DNA from: Octopus vulgaris
Lineage: Eukaryota
Length of the DNA: 64,000 nucleotides
Direction of reading: 5' to 3'
NCBI GenBank assembly: GCA_951406725.2
Contig: OX597821.1
Span: 41,664,001-41,728,000 of the forward strand
Below the pieces are notes generated by a model. It was not told the origin of the DNA. It did no database searches and saw only the letters and a program-made list of their open reading frames with translations. The position numbers and the translations under genes are program-made. Below, piece by piece: positions 1 through 11,790 of this stretch; the stretch's first letter is position 1; the number at the start of each line of letters is the position of its first letter.

Positions 1-741
1 AATTGATCAAGGAGACCTAAAATCAGAGAAGACAATCCTTCCGTGAACATCTCATCGTTTTCCAAGACTGAATGTGCACAAGTCCATCTTTTCCCAAAGT
101 TCTACTATTCTTTTTTTTGTCTTGTGACTTAACAGAGATTTGGCAGCTATTTCTAGCAGAGTGACCAACCACGTAAAGACTTTGGTATTGCTTAGCTCCA
201 GATCAATGAAGAGTGAAGAAATCTACAACCAAACACATCCTAGCCATGATCATCACTGTTTTTAGGAGTGTCTTGTACAGTGATACTCAATAGGCCCATT
301 CTTGCTTAAAATAGTTGAGTGATACTTGATTTAGAATTGATTTGGTTACTATTTCTTGTATGTCAAGTGCGTAGTGGCTCCTTTGGTCTTTGAGTCGTTG
401 CTGTTGTTGTTGCTGCCACAATTGGGGCCATTGTTGTTTCTGCTGCTGCTGCTGCTGCTGCTGTTCCTGTTGTTGCTGTTATTTTTCTTGCTAATCCAGA
501 TGTATATTTTTACTTACAAAACTAGCTGACCATGATGTATTCCTTCCTCCAGTTGTAGAGGGGTTATGTGCCTTCGGCCATTTGAGTCCGATGAATCTCC
601 TACACAGCTAAGCACATTATAGGTGTGAAACCAATGGTCACTTTCTGACTGGCCTTAACAATCAACTCCCCCACAAAATATATTACTGCCCTTATGTTTT
701 AAAGTGTGCTTTTTCAGATAGGTAAACTACTGATGATGATG

Positions 742-772
<31 letters not shown>

Positions 773-801
773 GAGAGAGAGAGAGACATACATACATACA
801 A

Positions 802-849
<48 letters not shown>

Positions 850-1589
850 ATCCAAAATAGAGACAAACAGCTTATTGAACTCTTCAAAATGGGAAAGGCC
901 AACATAAATTATTATTGTTCCTGATCATTGTTTTTTTTATACAAACACCAATTTTTCTACTTGATTGGCTTGAATAATTGTTGAGAATTTCCTTGACATG
1001 AAACTAATGGTAGCTTAGCTTTAATACACAAAGAAAGAATCTTTATCCACCCATGCGGTGTTGAGCACTCATTCTCATTGTTCAATATTTACATATATAT
1101 ATATCACTAGCGGCACCCCAGCATTGCTACATCTTTTGGACTGAAACATGTAAAAGAATAAAAGAATACACACACAGATACGTGTAATTGTATGATCCAA
1201 AGATAAGATCTAAGTGTAGGAAGTTTGTAAGCTTCAAGTTGTCCATGGTAGGTATAAAGAACAACGTTCAGCAATAATTATTATTTATTGGCGTCAAAGA
1301 TTGTAGGCCTTGCCCATATCGAAGTTCAGTAAGCTGAAATATTTTTCATAGCTCACGGTTAGCAACTTGAGTTGCTATGAATGCGAATAAAAATTCGAAT
1401 TGTGGAACAGGCAAAATTCAAACTACATATGTTTCCTAGCAAGCGGATCTTCTGATGTAATAATTACTCAATGAGGAGTATTCGGCTTGCTACTCGTCAG
1501 GCCAAAGATACCTTAATTATATGAAGGTTACATTGGCGTTATGGAATCCCAGGTGGACTTGCCAAAGACATAATTGGAAATTTCCAATG

Positions 1590-1800
1590 TCTGCTTTGTT
1601 ATTGTTTCCACAGCTGGATGCCCTTCCAAACACGAACGCATACAGGCTGCATTTTTTAATGTCTGCAGCACCACTGAGCAGCTCTCAAGATTAAAATTCC
1701 CAAGGGAGATGGCTTTACGTTGGAAGTTGAGGGATTAAAGTATAAGAGAAGGGGCCAGTACAGAACAGGTTTCTTGTCATAGAGGGGCTATATGACTGCT
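1590..1800 (-). mobile_element. Decayed SINE with RTE-type tail
   Basis: cagctggatgcccttcc is the reverse complement of the GGAAGGGCATCCAGCTG motif (ggaaaggcatccagctg in the 23795-24000 copy). Confidence 0.45.
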
Positions 1801-1975
1801 TGCATTTTAGAAGAGAGGGTGGGAGGGGTAGGGATGGTGGTGGAAAAAAATAAAAATAGTGGAGATGAAGTGTCTGGGTGAACCTTCAAGATATGGATTC
1901 TGTAGATGTGAGAGGGTTGCAAGAGTGCATGAGAGTGAGAAATGAGGAACATTCACATGCACACACGCATGCACG

Positions 1976-2055
<80 letters not shown>

Positions 2056-2544
2056 TATGTGAGGGCCCGAAAATCTGCCACTCATATTTCAGCCATAGTG
2101 ATAAAATTGGCCGTACAAGTTCCAGCGACAGAGCAATAGGAATTCCAGAACCATCAGTTCAAAATTCAAAGGGATAATTTCCTGATGCCTTCTTCCACCA
2201 TCTTATGTAAGATGCACGAGCTTGCTCTCTTCCCCTTTTTCTCACTCTCTATCATTCTCTCACTCATTTCGTTCCTGTGATTCCTCCTTTCTCTATTTCT
2301 ACCTCTTGCCTTTCATATGCTATATCTCTGTCTCTTATCCTTTTTCCAGCCCTCCCTATATTTCACTATCTGCTTGAATGACTACCTGTCTCACTTGTGA
2401 CAGCTGGTTATTTTCCTCTTTTCCTCTTAGTATCCTTCTCATTTAGTCAGTCTCCCATCTATCAAATCTACCTCTCTTTATGCTACTTTCTCCATCTTTC
2501 ATCTTTCTCGATACAACCACTACTTTCTCATTCCTTCTGTCACA

Positions 2545-2620
<76 letters not shown>

Positions 2621-2904
2621 AACAAAAAAGAAGTACACATATGTGAACATGGTCTATAGCATAACAGGTAATATCTGTGTTCTGAATGGCACCAATCTGA
2701 AGATCTGAAGATGGTTGACTAAAATATCCAAGAACTGCAAAAGCATGGAATGCCATCGACCAATGGTTCTCAACTATTTTTTTATCACTAGACCTCTTTG
2801 ATTCCCATATTATTGAAGTGAACTCGCATAACCATTCAATGTTTAAAAAGAAAAAAAATATATTTTCATAAGCAAATATTATTAGAAATTGTATTAAAAC
2901 ATTA

Positions 2905-3058
2905 TTTAGGCGTGGCTGTGTGGTAAGAAGCTTTCTTCCCAACCACATGGTTCGGGGTTCAGTCCCACTGCATGACACTTTGGGCAAGTATCTTCTACTA
3001 TAGCCTCGGGCCGACCAAAACCTTGTGAGTAGATTTTAACAGAAACTGAAAGCCTGTC

Positions 3059-3060
<2 letters not shown>
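2905..3060 (+). mobile_element. SINE family A (tRNA-like head), 3'-truncated at (TA)n
   Basis: ggcgtggctgtgtggtaagaagc...ggttcagtcccactg...tagcctcgggccgaccaaa, matching about ten other copies in the window. Confidence 0.85.
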
Positions 3061-3098
<38 letters not shown>

Positions 3099-3119
3099 GA
3101 CAGGCTTTCAGTTTCTGTT
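3038..3119. repeat. Perfect palindrome centred on (TA)n
   Basis: aacagaaactgaaagcctgtcg-(TA)n-cgacaggctttcagtttctgtt. Confidence 0.9.
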
Positions 3120-3356
3120 TCGATCCCCAGGCCGGGCCATGTGTTGTGTTCTTAAACAAGACACTTCATTTCAAGTTGCTCCAGTCCACTCGACTGTAAA
3201 TGGATAACTTTGCGCCGGATTGACGTAATGAGGGTGAGAGGGTGAGATGGTGAGCCGGGAGAAAAACCACTCGAACGGAGGCCTCGTGAGCCACGTTTTT
3301 GTATTTAACCACGTCGAAGGTTCATTCATTAATAGAGACAGATAGTAGCAGCAGCA

Positions 3357-3561
3357 GCCGTTCAAGAATTTGGACCTAGAGATCTCCATCTCCAGCGACT
3401 TCGAGGGCCACTTCCCAGTGGTGTCGGGCGTCAACGAAGAGCCCTCGACTACAACAAGACGACTAAAGTTGTTTTTTTCAAGGTCTGGGGTCTCCGACCC
3501 CTAAGCCCAAGACCATCACCTAATCACCCTTACCTGTCTTGTTGCTTAACAACAACAACAA

Positions 3562-3562
<1 letters not shown>
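3357..3562 (+). mobile_element. Internally deleted fragment of an I/Ingi-like LINE with (AAC)n tail
   Basis: 3357-3495 is the reverse complement of 16711-16849; the 3' end aatcacccttacctgtcttgttgcttaacaacaac matches 17172-17210. Confidence 0.7.
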
Positions 3563-3630
<68 letters not shown>

Positions 3631-4981
3631 GGACGGTGGTGGTAGGGATGATGGTAGTGGACGTTTAGTGGCAGCGGTAGTAATGGAATGTGTAGGAGCT
3701 GAAACAGGTGGTAATTGGAGGAAGAAACAGGGTGGAAATAGAGAAGGAAGGGAAACGGTAAGGAAGAAGAATTGGAGGAGAGGGGTAGAAGGGAGGAGTG
3801 AGGAATTTAAAAGAAAGAAAGAAAGAAAGAAAGAAAGAATAAAGATTAAGTGGATATAAATTGTGTGTGGGTGTGAGTGAATTGTGGAGGAATTCGGCGT
3901 AAATTCACAGATTGCAATATTATAATTCATGAAGGGAAACAGAACTGGAGGTTGTTTTCCTCTTGTGTTTTGTGTGTGGCCTCGACGAAGCTAAAGTTAG
4001 AATTTCGTCTCAACAATCTCAGATAGTTGAAGACAAATTAAAGCCAAAGAAACACTTTGAAATATTAACGATGAACAGCGCGCTTCTATTTTGGAAATGG
4101 TGGAATAGAATCAAATACTCTTCAACTTTATCTCCTTCATTTGCATGATTCATTCTAAGTTCAGCTGTGAAGAGAACTCAATCTTTTCTTCCCTCCTCCT
4201 CCTCCTCCTCCTGCCTCCTTCCACTTCTGCCATTTACTTCTTTTCTTTGTCAACACTCCCTCCTCACTCTCACTCTCCCTCCCCGTTCGTTTCTTCATTA
4301 TGGCACATGAATTTTTGATTCAACAAAATTAAACGGAAATTGGGACCGCTCTTAGACTATTCGTAAATGTTTGACATCTTGGCTGAAGGTTGCTTTATGT
4401 AATTAGAATTATTATGAACAGAGAATGGTAGTATTAGTGACAGGGGGAGGGAGGTGTACGTGATTGGTAAAGTGTTGAGCGATTGGCACATTGGTGTGTG
4501 AGTTCGTGGACCTGTTGTTTGTGCCTGTCTTAGAATCAATACCAGCTTGTATTATTGCGTGAACAACACACAACACAAATTCTCGCTCAATTTACTTATA
4601 GATTGTTCTCTTCAAAACGTACGACCCATGATTCAATACAGACGCTTCTAGGTTTGCGCTTGACTCAAATTTCAGACCCAGCTATTTGCAAATCTTTGAT
4701 TGCAAAAGGCAGCTAGAGAACTCCAGGAACTCGTGTTCTTGGTAAGAGCAGGTATATTGTTATATGGATGGTTGACCAGAAACTTGGTTTATTTTGTATA
4801 GAATTTAATGCTTCAGTCAAAGAACTTCCTGTAACGTTTGGAATCCTAACAGTACACCGAAATGTAATCATGCCTTCAAAGGGCTGGGTTTGGGTTGTTC
4901 CTAACCCTTTGATTAGCTGTAACTTTCCTATACGTGTGATCGGACAAAACTCATTGCGACTGATCAGGAACGATACAGGTG

Positions 4982-5027
<46 letters not shown>

Positions 5028-5746
5028 GGGAGGGAGGGAGGGATAGACAGACAGACAGAAACAGACAGAGACAGACAGAGAGGGAGACAGAGAGGGAGAC
5101 AGAGAGAGACAGAGAGACAGAGAGACAGAGAGACAGAGAGACAGAGAGAGAGAAGGAGTAAGGGAGCCACATGGACTATAAAATAATGACTAGTTACCAA
5201 TTATAATGATAGAAATCTTTCGAGAAATAGACGAATGTTAACCCGAAGAGTTATATTTTGGAGAGTGTGTAGTCACTTAAACCAAGATGAGAACTTCATC
5301 GATATGTATTTCATCGATATCGGAACGACGGAAAGCAAAATAACTTTGAAGGGATTTGAATTTTGAGCACAAAAGGATGTAATTAAATACCACAAATTAT
5401 TTTGTTCGTTGCTCTACCAGCTCAGTTATTCATGCTTCAGGGAAAAGACGATTGAGCTAACTTCAGTTGATCAGAATTAAGTTATCTTAGTGAAGACTAA
5501 TACCGTTTTTCCAATTATTAGGTTTGGAAACTTAATCAAATGTGATACGGTAATTACCCCAGATGTCCTAATCACGGCATCAGTCATGTTAATTACCCCC
5601 AGTTGTCCTAATGACTCCACACTCACGCTATGCGTACAAAGACAACAACATTGGCTAGATTTTTTTTTCTCTTTAGTTTTGGTGTTTCTTTCTCAAATTG
5701 GTACCCGATTTACGTGGTGTATAATTTACCTTTTTTCCATTCTTCC

Positions 5747-5818
<72 letters not shown>

Positions 5819-5824
5819 TATCAT

Positions 5825-6178
5825 CGTGGCATCCCGTCGGTTGCGACGACGAGGGTTCCAGTTGATCCGAACAACGTAACAGTCTGCTCGTGAAATTAAC
5901 GTGCAAGTGGCTGAGCACTCCACAGACACGTGTACCCTTAATGTAATTCTCGGGGAGATTCAGCGTGACAAGGCTGATCCTTTTAAACACAGGTACAACA
6001 GAAACAGGAAGAAAGAGAGAAAGTTGTGGTGAAAGAATACAGCAGGGTTCACCACAATCACGTAACGGAAACTCGTGGAGCTTTAGGTGTTTTCGCTCAA
6101 TAAACACTCACAATACCCGGTCTGGGAATCGAAACCGCGAGTCCGCTTCCCTAACCACTGGGCCATTGCACCTCCACT
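5825..6178 (-). mobile_element. SINE family C (tRNA head) inserted in (TA)n
   Basis: Minus strand ggaggtgcaatggcccagtggttagg...ggtttcgattcccagaccggg gives A/B-box-like head; related to 17235 and 54690 copies. Confidence 0.8.
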
Positions 6179-6189
6179 TATATATATAT

Positions 6190-6440
6190 AATTACGAGAG
6201 CATACTGGAAATGAGGCAATTCAAAAATGGAGCGGGGTGAACGAATGTGATCGCAGAATCCAGAAAGCACAAGTTCTACTGGGCTGGCCATGTTTCAAGG
6301 TTCACAGGCAATATGTGGACCCAGGCAGCTGCCGAGTGGTGTCCAAGAGATCAGAAGAGGCCACTTGGAAGGCCTCCACGACGATGAGAAGATGATCTGT
6401 TGAAGCAATTTGGTTCAAGATGGAAAAGAATGGCGCATTC
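6190..6440 (+). mobile_element. RTE-clade LINE 3' fragment
   Basis: Translates KFYWAGHVSR...EWCPRDQKRPLGRPPRR*EDDL, the typical RTE ORF2 C-terminus. Confidence 0.75.
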
Positions 6441-6444
6441 TGTG

Positions 6445-6590
6445 TCACGCTGAATTTCACTAACAATTACGTTAAGGGTATGCGTATCTATGAAGTACTC
6501 AGCCACTTGCGCGTTAATTTCATAAGCTGGCTGTTCCATTGACTGGATCAAGTGAATCCTCATCGCCGTTGCCAACAGGATCCCAGCCTC
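6445..6590 (+). mobile_element. SINE central/3' fragment, inverted relative to 5825-5965
   Basis: gtactcagccacttgcgcgttaatttc is the near reverse complement of gaaattaacgtgcaagtggctgagcac. Confidence 0.7.
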
Positions 6591-7796
6591 AGCCAAATTG
6601 ACGAAGTCATCTAAATAACCAATGTATTCTGGGTAAGGAATTCTGATTCACTCTTATTCACTTCGACATTCCTACATATCTTACACTCAATTTATGTTCA
6701 CCTCTAAAGAATTATTTAAAGAATGGTTGAGTGAAATAAAAGCTCGGATTCTTTATGAGTAACGAACCTGTTCTCATTCTGTGGGTGTTGCGCCAAAAAG
6801 ATTTACATTATTTCTATATCTACTTTTGGTAAAATGGAACTTAAACCGGATATTAATTCAATTGTTTTAGGAGGAAATTATTCAAGCGAAATATAATGTG
6901 AATTGGTTCTATTTCTTAATTTCTAACGAGAAATATAAGTTACGATTTTGGTAGGCTATGAAATACCAGAAATCATAGCATAACCCATTTATATTGAGCA
7001 ATATAGAAAATATACACGTTCTCTTATCCCTACAAAAGCCTCCAATGTTCTTTATTAGTGTCCTGTAAATTTCGAATTGTCTTCCTTTCAAGAAGAAGAT
7101 TTATGGTTATCTCTCTAAAGAACAATTACCAAGTTGGAAGCAACGAGAATCGATTGCATTGAACTGTAACATAACATGATTAATTCTAAAATATCTGTAA
7201 CCGTTGATGTTGTTGTTATTTGCAACTGTATAAACTTTACTCGATTCCAGAGTGAAACGACTTTGGTGTTTGGATTTATGGCTTAGTTTCACGATATGCT
7301 TTCACATCAGAAATCAGAATAAAATCTCATTTCGTATATTTTATTTAAACAAGCCAAGAATATATCTTGCATTTTGTTTGCTTTCTCTAAAATGTTCCGT
7401 TTTGGTGGGAGAAATACACGCAATTCGGGCTTAATAAATAAAAATGTCGTACTAAATGATTAGGTACTGTGATTTAAAGCTGAAATATTTATTTGGAAAT
7501 CATAACATTAAGGTTTCAAAGAATTCACTGAAGAATTTAAAAGCTGAAGATTTCAAAAACTGATACAATGGATTTATAACCTCCGGGTCTCCATAATCGA
7601 ATTTTTTTTTTTTTTTATCTTTATACTGATTACCATGAGTAAGTTGGTTTCATTGAGCCTTCCCCTCTCTTTTGAACGAGGCTAATGACCAAGATTGGAG
7701 ATTGCAAATATGTGGAATAATGGGATCACAGCTACGTCATAGAGAAACCCCAGACTTGAAGAGGAACACCAACCGCCCGGTGATTAGTACGCCTTA

Positions 7797-8029
7797 TGGC
7801 GGCGAGCTGGCAGAAACGTTAGCACGCCGGGAGAAATGCGTAGCCGTATTTCGTCTGCCGTTACGTTCTGAATTCAAATTCCGCCGAGGTCGACTTTGCC
7901 TTTCATCCTTTCGGGGGCCGATAAATTAAGTACCAGTTATGCACTGGGGTCGATGTAATAGATTTATTCCGTTTGTCTGTCCTTGTTTGTTCCCTCTGTG
8001 TTTAGCCCCTTGTGGATAGTAAAGAAATA
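7797..8029 (+). mobile_element. SINE family B, full length, with 16-bp TSD
   Basis: ggcggcgagctggcagaaacgttagc...gtaaagaaata flanked by direct repeat ggtgattagtacgcct (7779-7794, 8030-8045). Confidence 0.9.
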
Positions 8030-8226
8030 GGTGATTAGTACGCCTGGTTTTAGACGAAATACCTTTTTCTACTCTTTGCAACCATCTCATTTTATGGTTA
8101 CTGGAGTAATTCTTATAAGGCACCTCCTGTTCTGACCAATTTCCTTTTTCATGTAATAGAAACATACAACACTTCCATCAACCCCTGATTAACGTTTTCC
8201 TTTCTTTCTTTTCTTCTTTCTTTCCT

Positions 8227-8269
<43 letters not shown>

Positions 8270-8696
8270 ATTTCATGTAAGCTAAATTAGACTGGTCACT
8301 TTCCGAACATTGCATTGTTGTGCCTGTAACTTTATGCCAACACATAATCTGGTTTAACCAAGTGAGATTCACTTTTTAGTGTATTTCCCAATCAACAACC
8401 CTTTCAAGACCTCTTCAAGAAAGAAGAAGGATTACCAGGGAAGCTGTGTGCCGTTAATCTTTTTAATACAATTATCGAAGGAGGAAGCAGTGCCCTTAGC
8501 GTTCATGCTTAACTTGAAATTCTCTAAGAAAACGTGGATGGTTCTTTCCAGAAAGTTGCAGTTCTACGGTGAAAGGACGGAAAAGAATGGAAAAGGTGTT
8601 GGGGTGGTAAGAGGGTGGTGAGGAGAAGAAAGGCAGCTAAATTCATTGGACTTTGGCCAACGTGTAGTATTAAAGGTGTGTTTCCTTAAGGTAGAT

Positions 8697-8737
<41 letters not shown>

Positions 8738-8982
8738 TATTTCTCTCCGTCTCTACTTCTCCCTCTCTCTCTATCTCTATATCTCTCTTTCTGTCTCTGT
8801 ATTGTCAATGAGACCAGGCTGCCATTTCTCCAAAATTTTCAAGAGCTCTGTTACCTGTTGGGTTTGGCGATAAATCAAGAACAGGAAGTAAGTTCGAGAT
8901 GTTTTCACTTCTTAGTAAAAAAAGACTGAGATCCCAAAGAAACTTGTATCGAATGAAATTTATCTTCCGTTTACTAATACTA

Positions 8983-9550
8983 ATACCCAAAAGAAACCGG
9001 AATTTTGCAGTATTATTTTACTCACTTAGTTTTACATGTTTATTCTTTTACCGCCTTCAGCGTATTCTTCATTTGAAGCAATGAATCGGTCCAGGCACGT
9101 TTTCCATTGTTCGAAACAGTGATGGAACTCTTGCAAAGTGATGCCTTTTAACGCCCCCGTCGTTTTTTCTTCATCTCTTCCACATCTGCAAATTCCGCAG
9201 CACCAGCTTTTGTCACCACTGATGACCTTCGAAATAAGGTCCGGATCAACTTCCAACTGTTCTTTCAGTTCATGGCACGCATTCAGTCGTCATTGCTTTT
9301 GATCCTCCGCGAGCAAGCTAGGCACAAATTTTGCTGCAACTCCTTTCATTCGTAATTCCTCGCGCAAAACTTATTGGCAGGAGCTCCAGGACCTACCTGT
9401 CATATCAACAAGTTTGTCAATTGTTCAGTGACGGTCCTCCAAGATCAGTTCATGAATTTTCGTGTCGGGAGGTCGACGGTCGTCCTGAACGAAGTTGGTC
9501 CTCAAGTGGCAAGTGACCTTTCCTAAAGCGTGGAAACCACTCGTAAACTT
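8983..9550 (-). mobile_element. Mariner transposase remnant, internally deleted
   Basis: ORF 9032-9256 has DPDLISKVISGDKSWC joined to FHHCFEQWKTCLDRFIASNEEY; an RSGRPSTS HTH-linker motif reads near 9465-9495. Confidence 0.8.
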
Positions 9551-9551
9551 G

Positions 9552-9585
<34 letters not shown>

Positions 9586-9597
9586 TATATATATATA

Positions 9598-9969
9598 CTA
9601 GGAGTATTGCCCGGCGTTTTTCGGGTTTGTTCGACTCTTTAGAACTGGAATTTTTGAAAAGTAACAATTTTGCATTATGTAGCTAGTTATTCTCTTTAAG
9701 TGAACATTTTTCTGGTTGAAATACACCGAAAAATGGCAACACAGCAGTCAAAAATCGTAGAAAATAGGGATTTTCATAGAAAAAAAGCACCTTTTTGATG
9801 TAAATAATTTTTTGTGTTAACATGGTCCGATTTGATTTTTTTTTCGTCTACGAAAGGAAGAGCAAGCCTTCTATTATACTCTCAATTTTGGTCAACTTGC
9901 GCCCCAGGGTCTCGGAGGAGATAGTGTTAGTTGAAGGCTACCAAACCTGCCATACACAGACAACTTCAG

Positions 9970-9980
<11 letters not shown>
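9598..9980 (-). mobile_element. Non-autonomous Helitron
   Basis: Minus strand ends cccgaaaaacgccggg hairpin plus CTAG|T; 5' end runs into the TA tract; same end architecture as 51067 and 62185. Confidence 0.7.
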
Positions 9981-10013
<33 letters not shown>

Positions 10014-10216
10014 CAATAAGAAAATGGAGGTGATCAATAGGTGGTTCATCAACTTTTAGACATTATATTATGTCAATTTATTTATATATTTACTAAAATG
10101 ACAATTACAAGAATTACATACATGTATAACATATTATGCTTTACATATAAAATATATTAATATATAAAGATACCAGTAATTATTAAAATATAACATACAG
10201 GAATATACATTGGGAA

Positions 10217-10346
10217 AAAATCTTACAGTTCTTTCAGCCAAGAGGCAAAAATACCTCATTCTACCTTTATTCCTCCAGTAGACTGAACTAATTAGTAGAT
10301 GAAATTGAGGTACTTGGGTGTTTCTCTAGGCTTCGTCAGAGATTTT
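10217..10346 (-). ncRNA. Type I hammerhead ribozyme motif, Penelope-like, long stem II, degenerate stem III
   Basis: Minus: aaaatct-CTGACGA-agcctagag...ctcttggct-GAAA-gaact-GTA-agatttt. Confidence 0.65.
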
Positions 10347-10875
10347 ATGAAGTACATAAAGTTAAGCTATAAATAAATATAAATATAAAATAAATAAATA
10401 CACACACATTTACATACTTATACATATACATATACATGTACATACATATATAAATATGCATAAATACTTACATATATATATACATAAATGTATATACATA
10501 TTTACATTTATAAGCATACACAATAATCAATTATTATTAATAATATTAGATGCACTATATTATTCATATTAGATAAAATATAAACAGAGGTATGAGAAAG
10601 TTATAAGAAGAGTATATGTATATATATAATGATGATAAGAATTATGATGAAGTAGCATTAGCATTACCTTTAATTCATGTTTATATATAAACACAGCCTC
10701 AAATAGACCTACATATGTTTCGACTGCATCGCTTAGTAACCGTTGCAACTGCAACTTTACTATAATATCGGTGCAGGTCTCCCTTCCTCATCCTCCTTAT
10801 TCTGAATACTTAACTGTTAGTAAACGGTAAACGTTTGGAGAAATCCCTGACCAATATATGTTTATTTATATATAC

Positions 10876-10908
<33 letters not shown>

Positions 10909-10930
10909 TACATACATATATGTATATGTA

Positions 10931-11098
10931 TATACAGAAATTCTATAATTATGAGTATAATTATAATTAGGGTTCAGCAAAAAATTTGCTTCACCACATA
11001 CCGAAATTTAGAAATAGCAATTAAAAACTAACTTTTTCACTACCATTTTTGCTGAACCCTAATTATAATTATACTCATAATTATAGAATTTCTGTATA
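10931..11098. repeat. Perfect 53-bp inverted repeat with ~62-bp spacer
   Basis: tatacagaaattctataattatgagtataattataattagggttcagcaaaaa and its exact reverse complement at 11046-11098. Confidence 0.9.
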
Positions 11099-11183
11099 AG
11101 TTTACCGATAATGGTTCTTTTAGCCTACCGAACTACTTGGTAAAATTATTAATTATTAACTGATTAATTAATTTTACCCTTTA

Positions 11184-11259
<76 letters not shown>

Positions 11260-11379
11260 GGGGGGAGAGTAAGAGAGAGCAAGTTATAGTGTCTCATCTC
11301 TTAAGTCCTTCACTCTTTATGTCTTCCTGTGACTTTTCTTCAGTTCTCCTCTCTCGACTGTCATGTCTGCTTCTCTCCT

Positions 11380-11790
11380 TTGCCTCAGTATTCCACTTCC
11401 GGCCATTTTTGTAGTTCCCCCTTCATCCTCCTCCACCCTTGTGGATCCCAGACCTGACGTGTAACGTAGGCTGTAGATTTCTTTAAGACGTTTCGAACTT
11501 TGCTACAGCGTATCATATGTTACCCTGAAGGAAGGCTTTCCTCACCAAGGTTTTTTTTGCTTCCAATTTTCATTGATGCCTCTGTAACTTTGCTTTTTTC
11601 AAAGTAGGGGTGTGAGCCCTACATAAATCCATTTTTACTTCTAGAATGAGGTAGTTCATATTAATCTGACCTCTGTCTTCTGACTCTTACAGCAGGAGAG
11701 GCCATATCAGGAGCTTGTGCTCCGCTTGCTCTCATCTCATTGAGGCACAGAGGCCACAACATCGCAACAAGGACTTGACCTTGTGGAGCA
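11380..11790 (-). mobile_element. Probable RTE LINE 5'UTR remnant
   Basis: Minus strand ccttgttgcgatg...gtgcctcaatgagatgagagc...ctcctgatatggcctctcctgc...gaggtcaga resembles RTE 5'UTRs (from memory). Confidence 0.45.
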
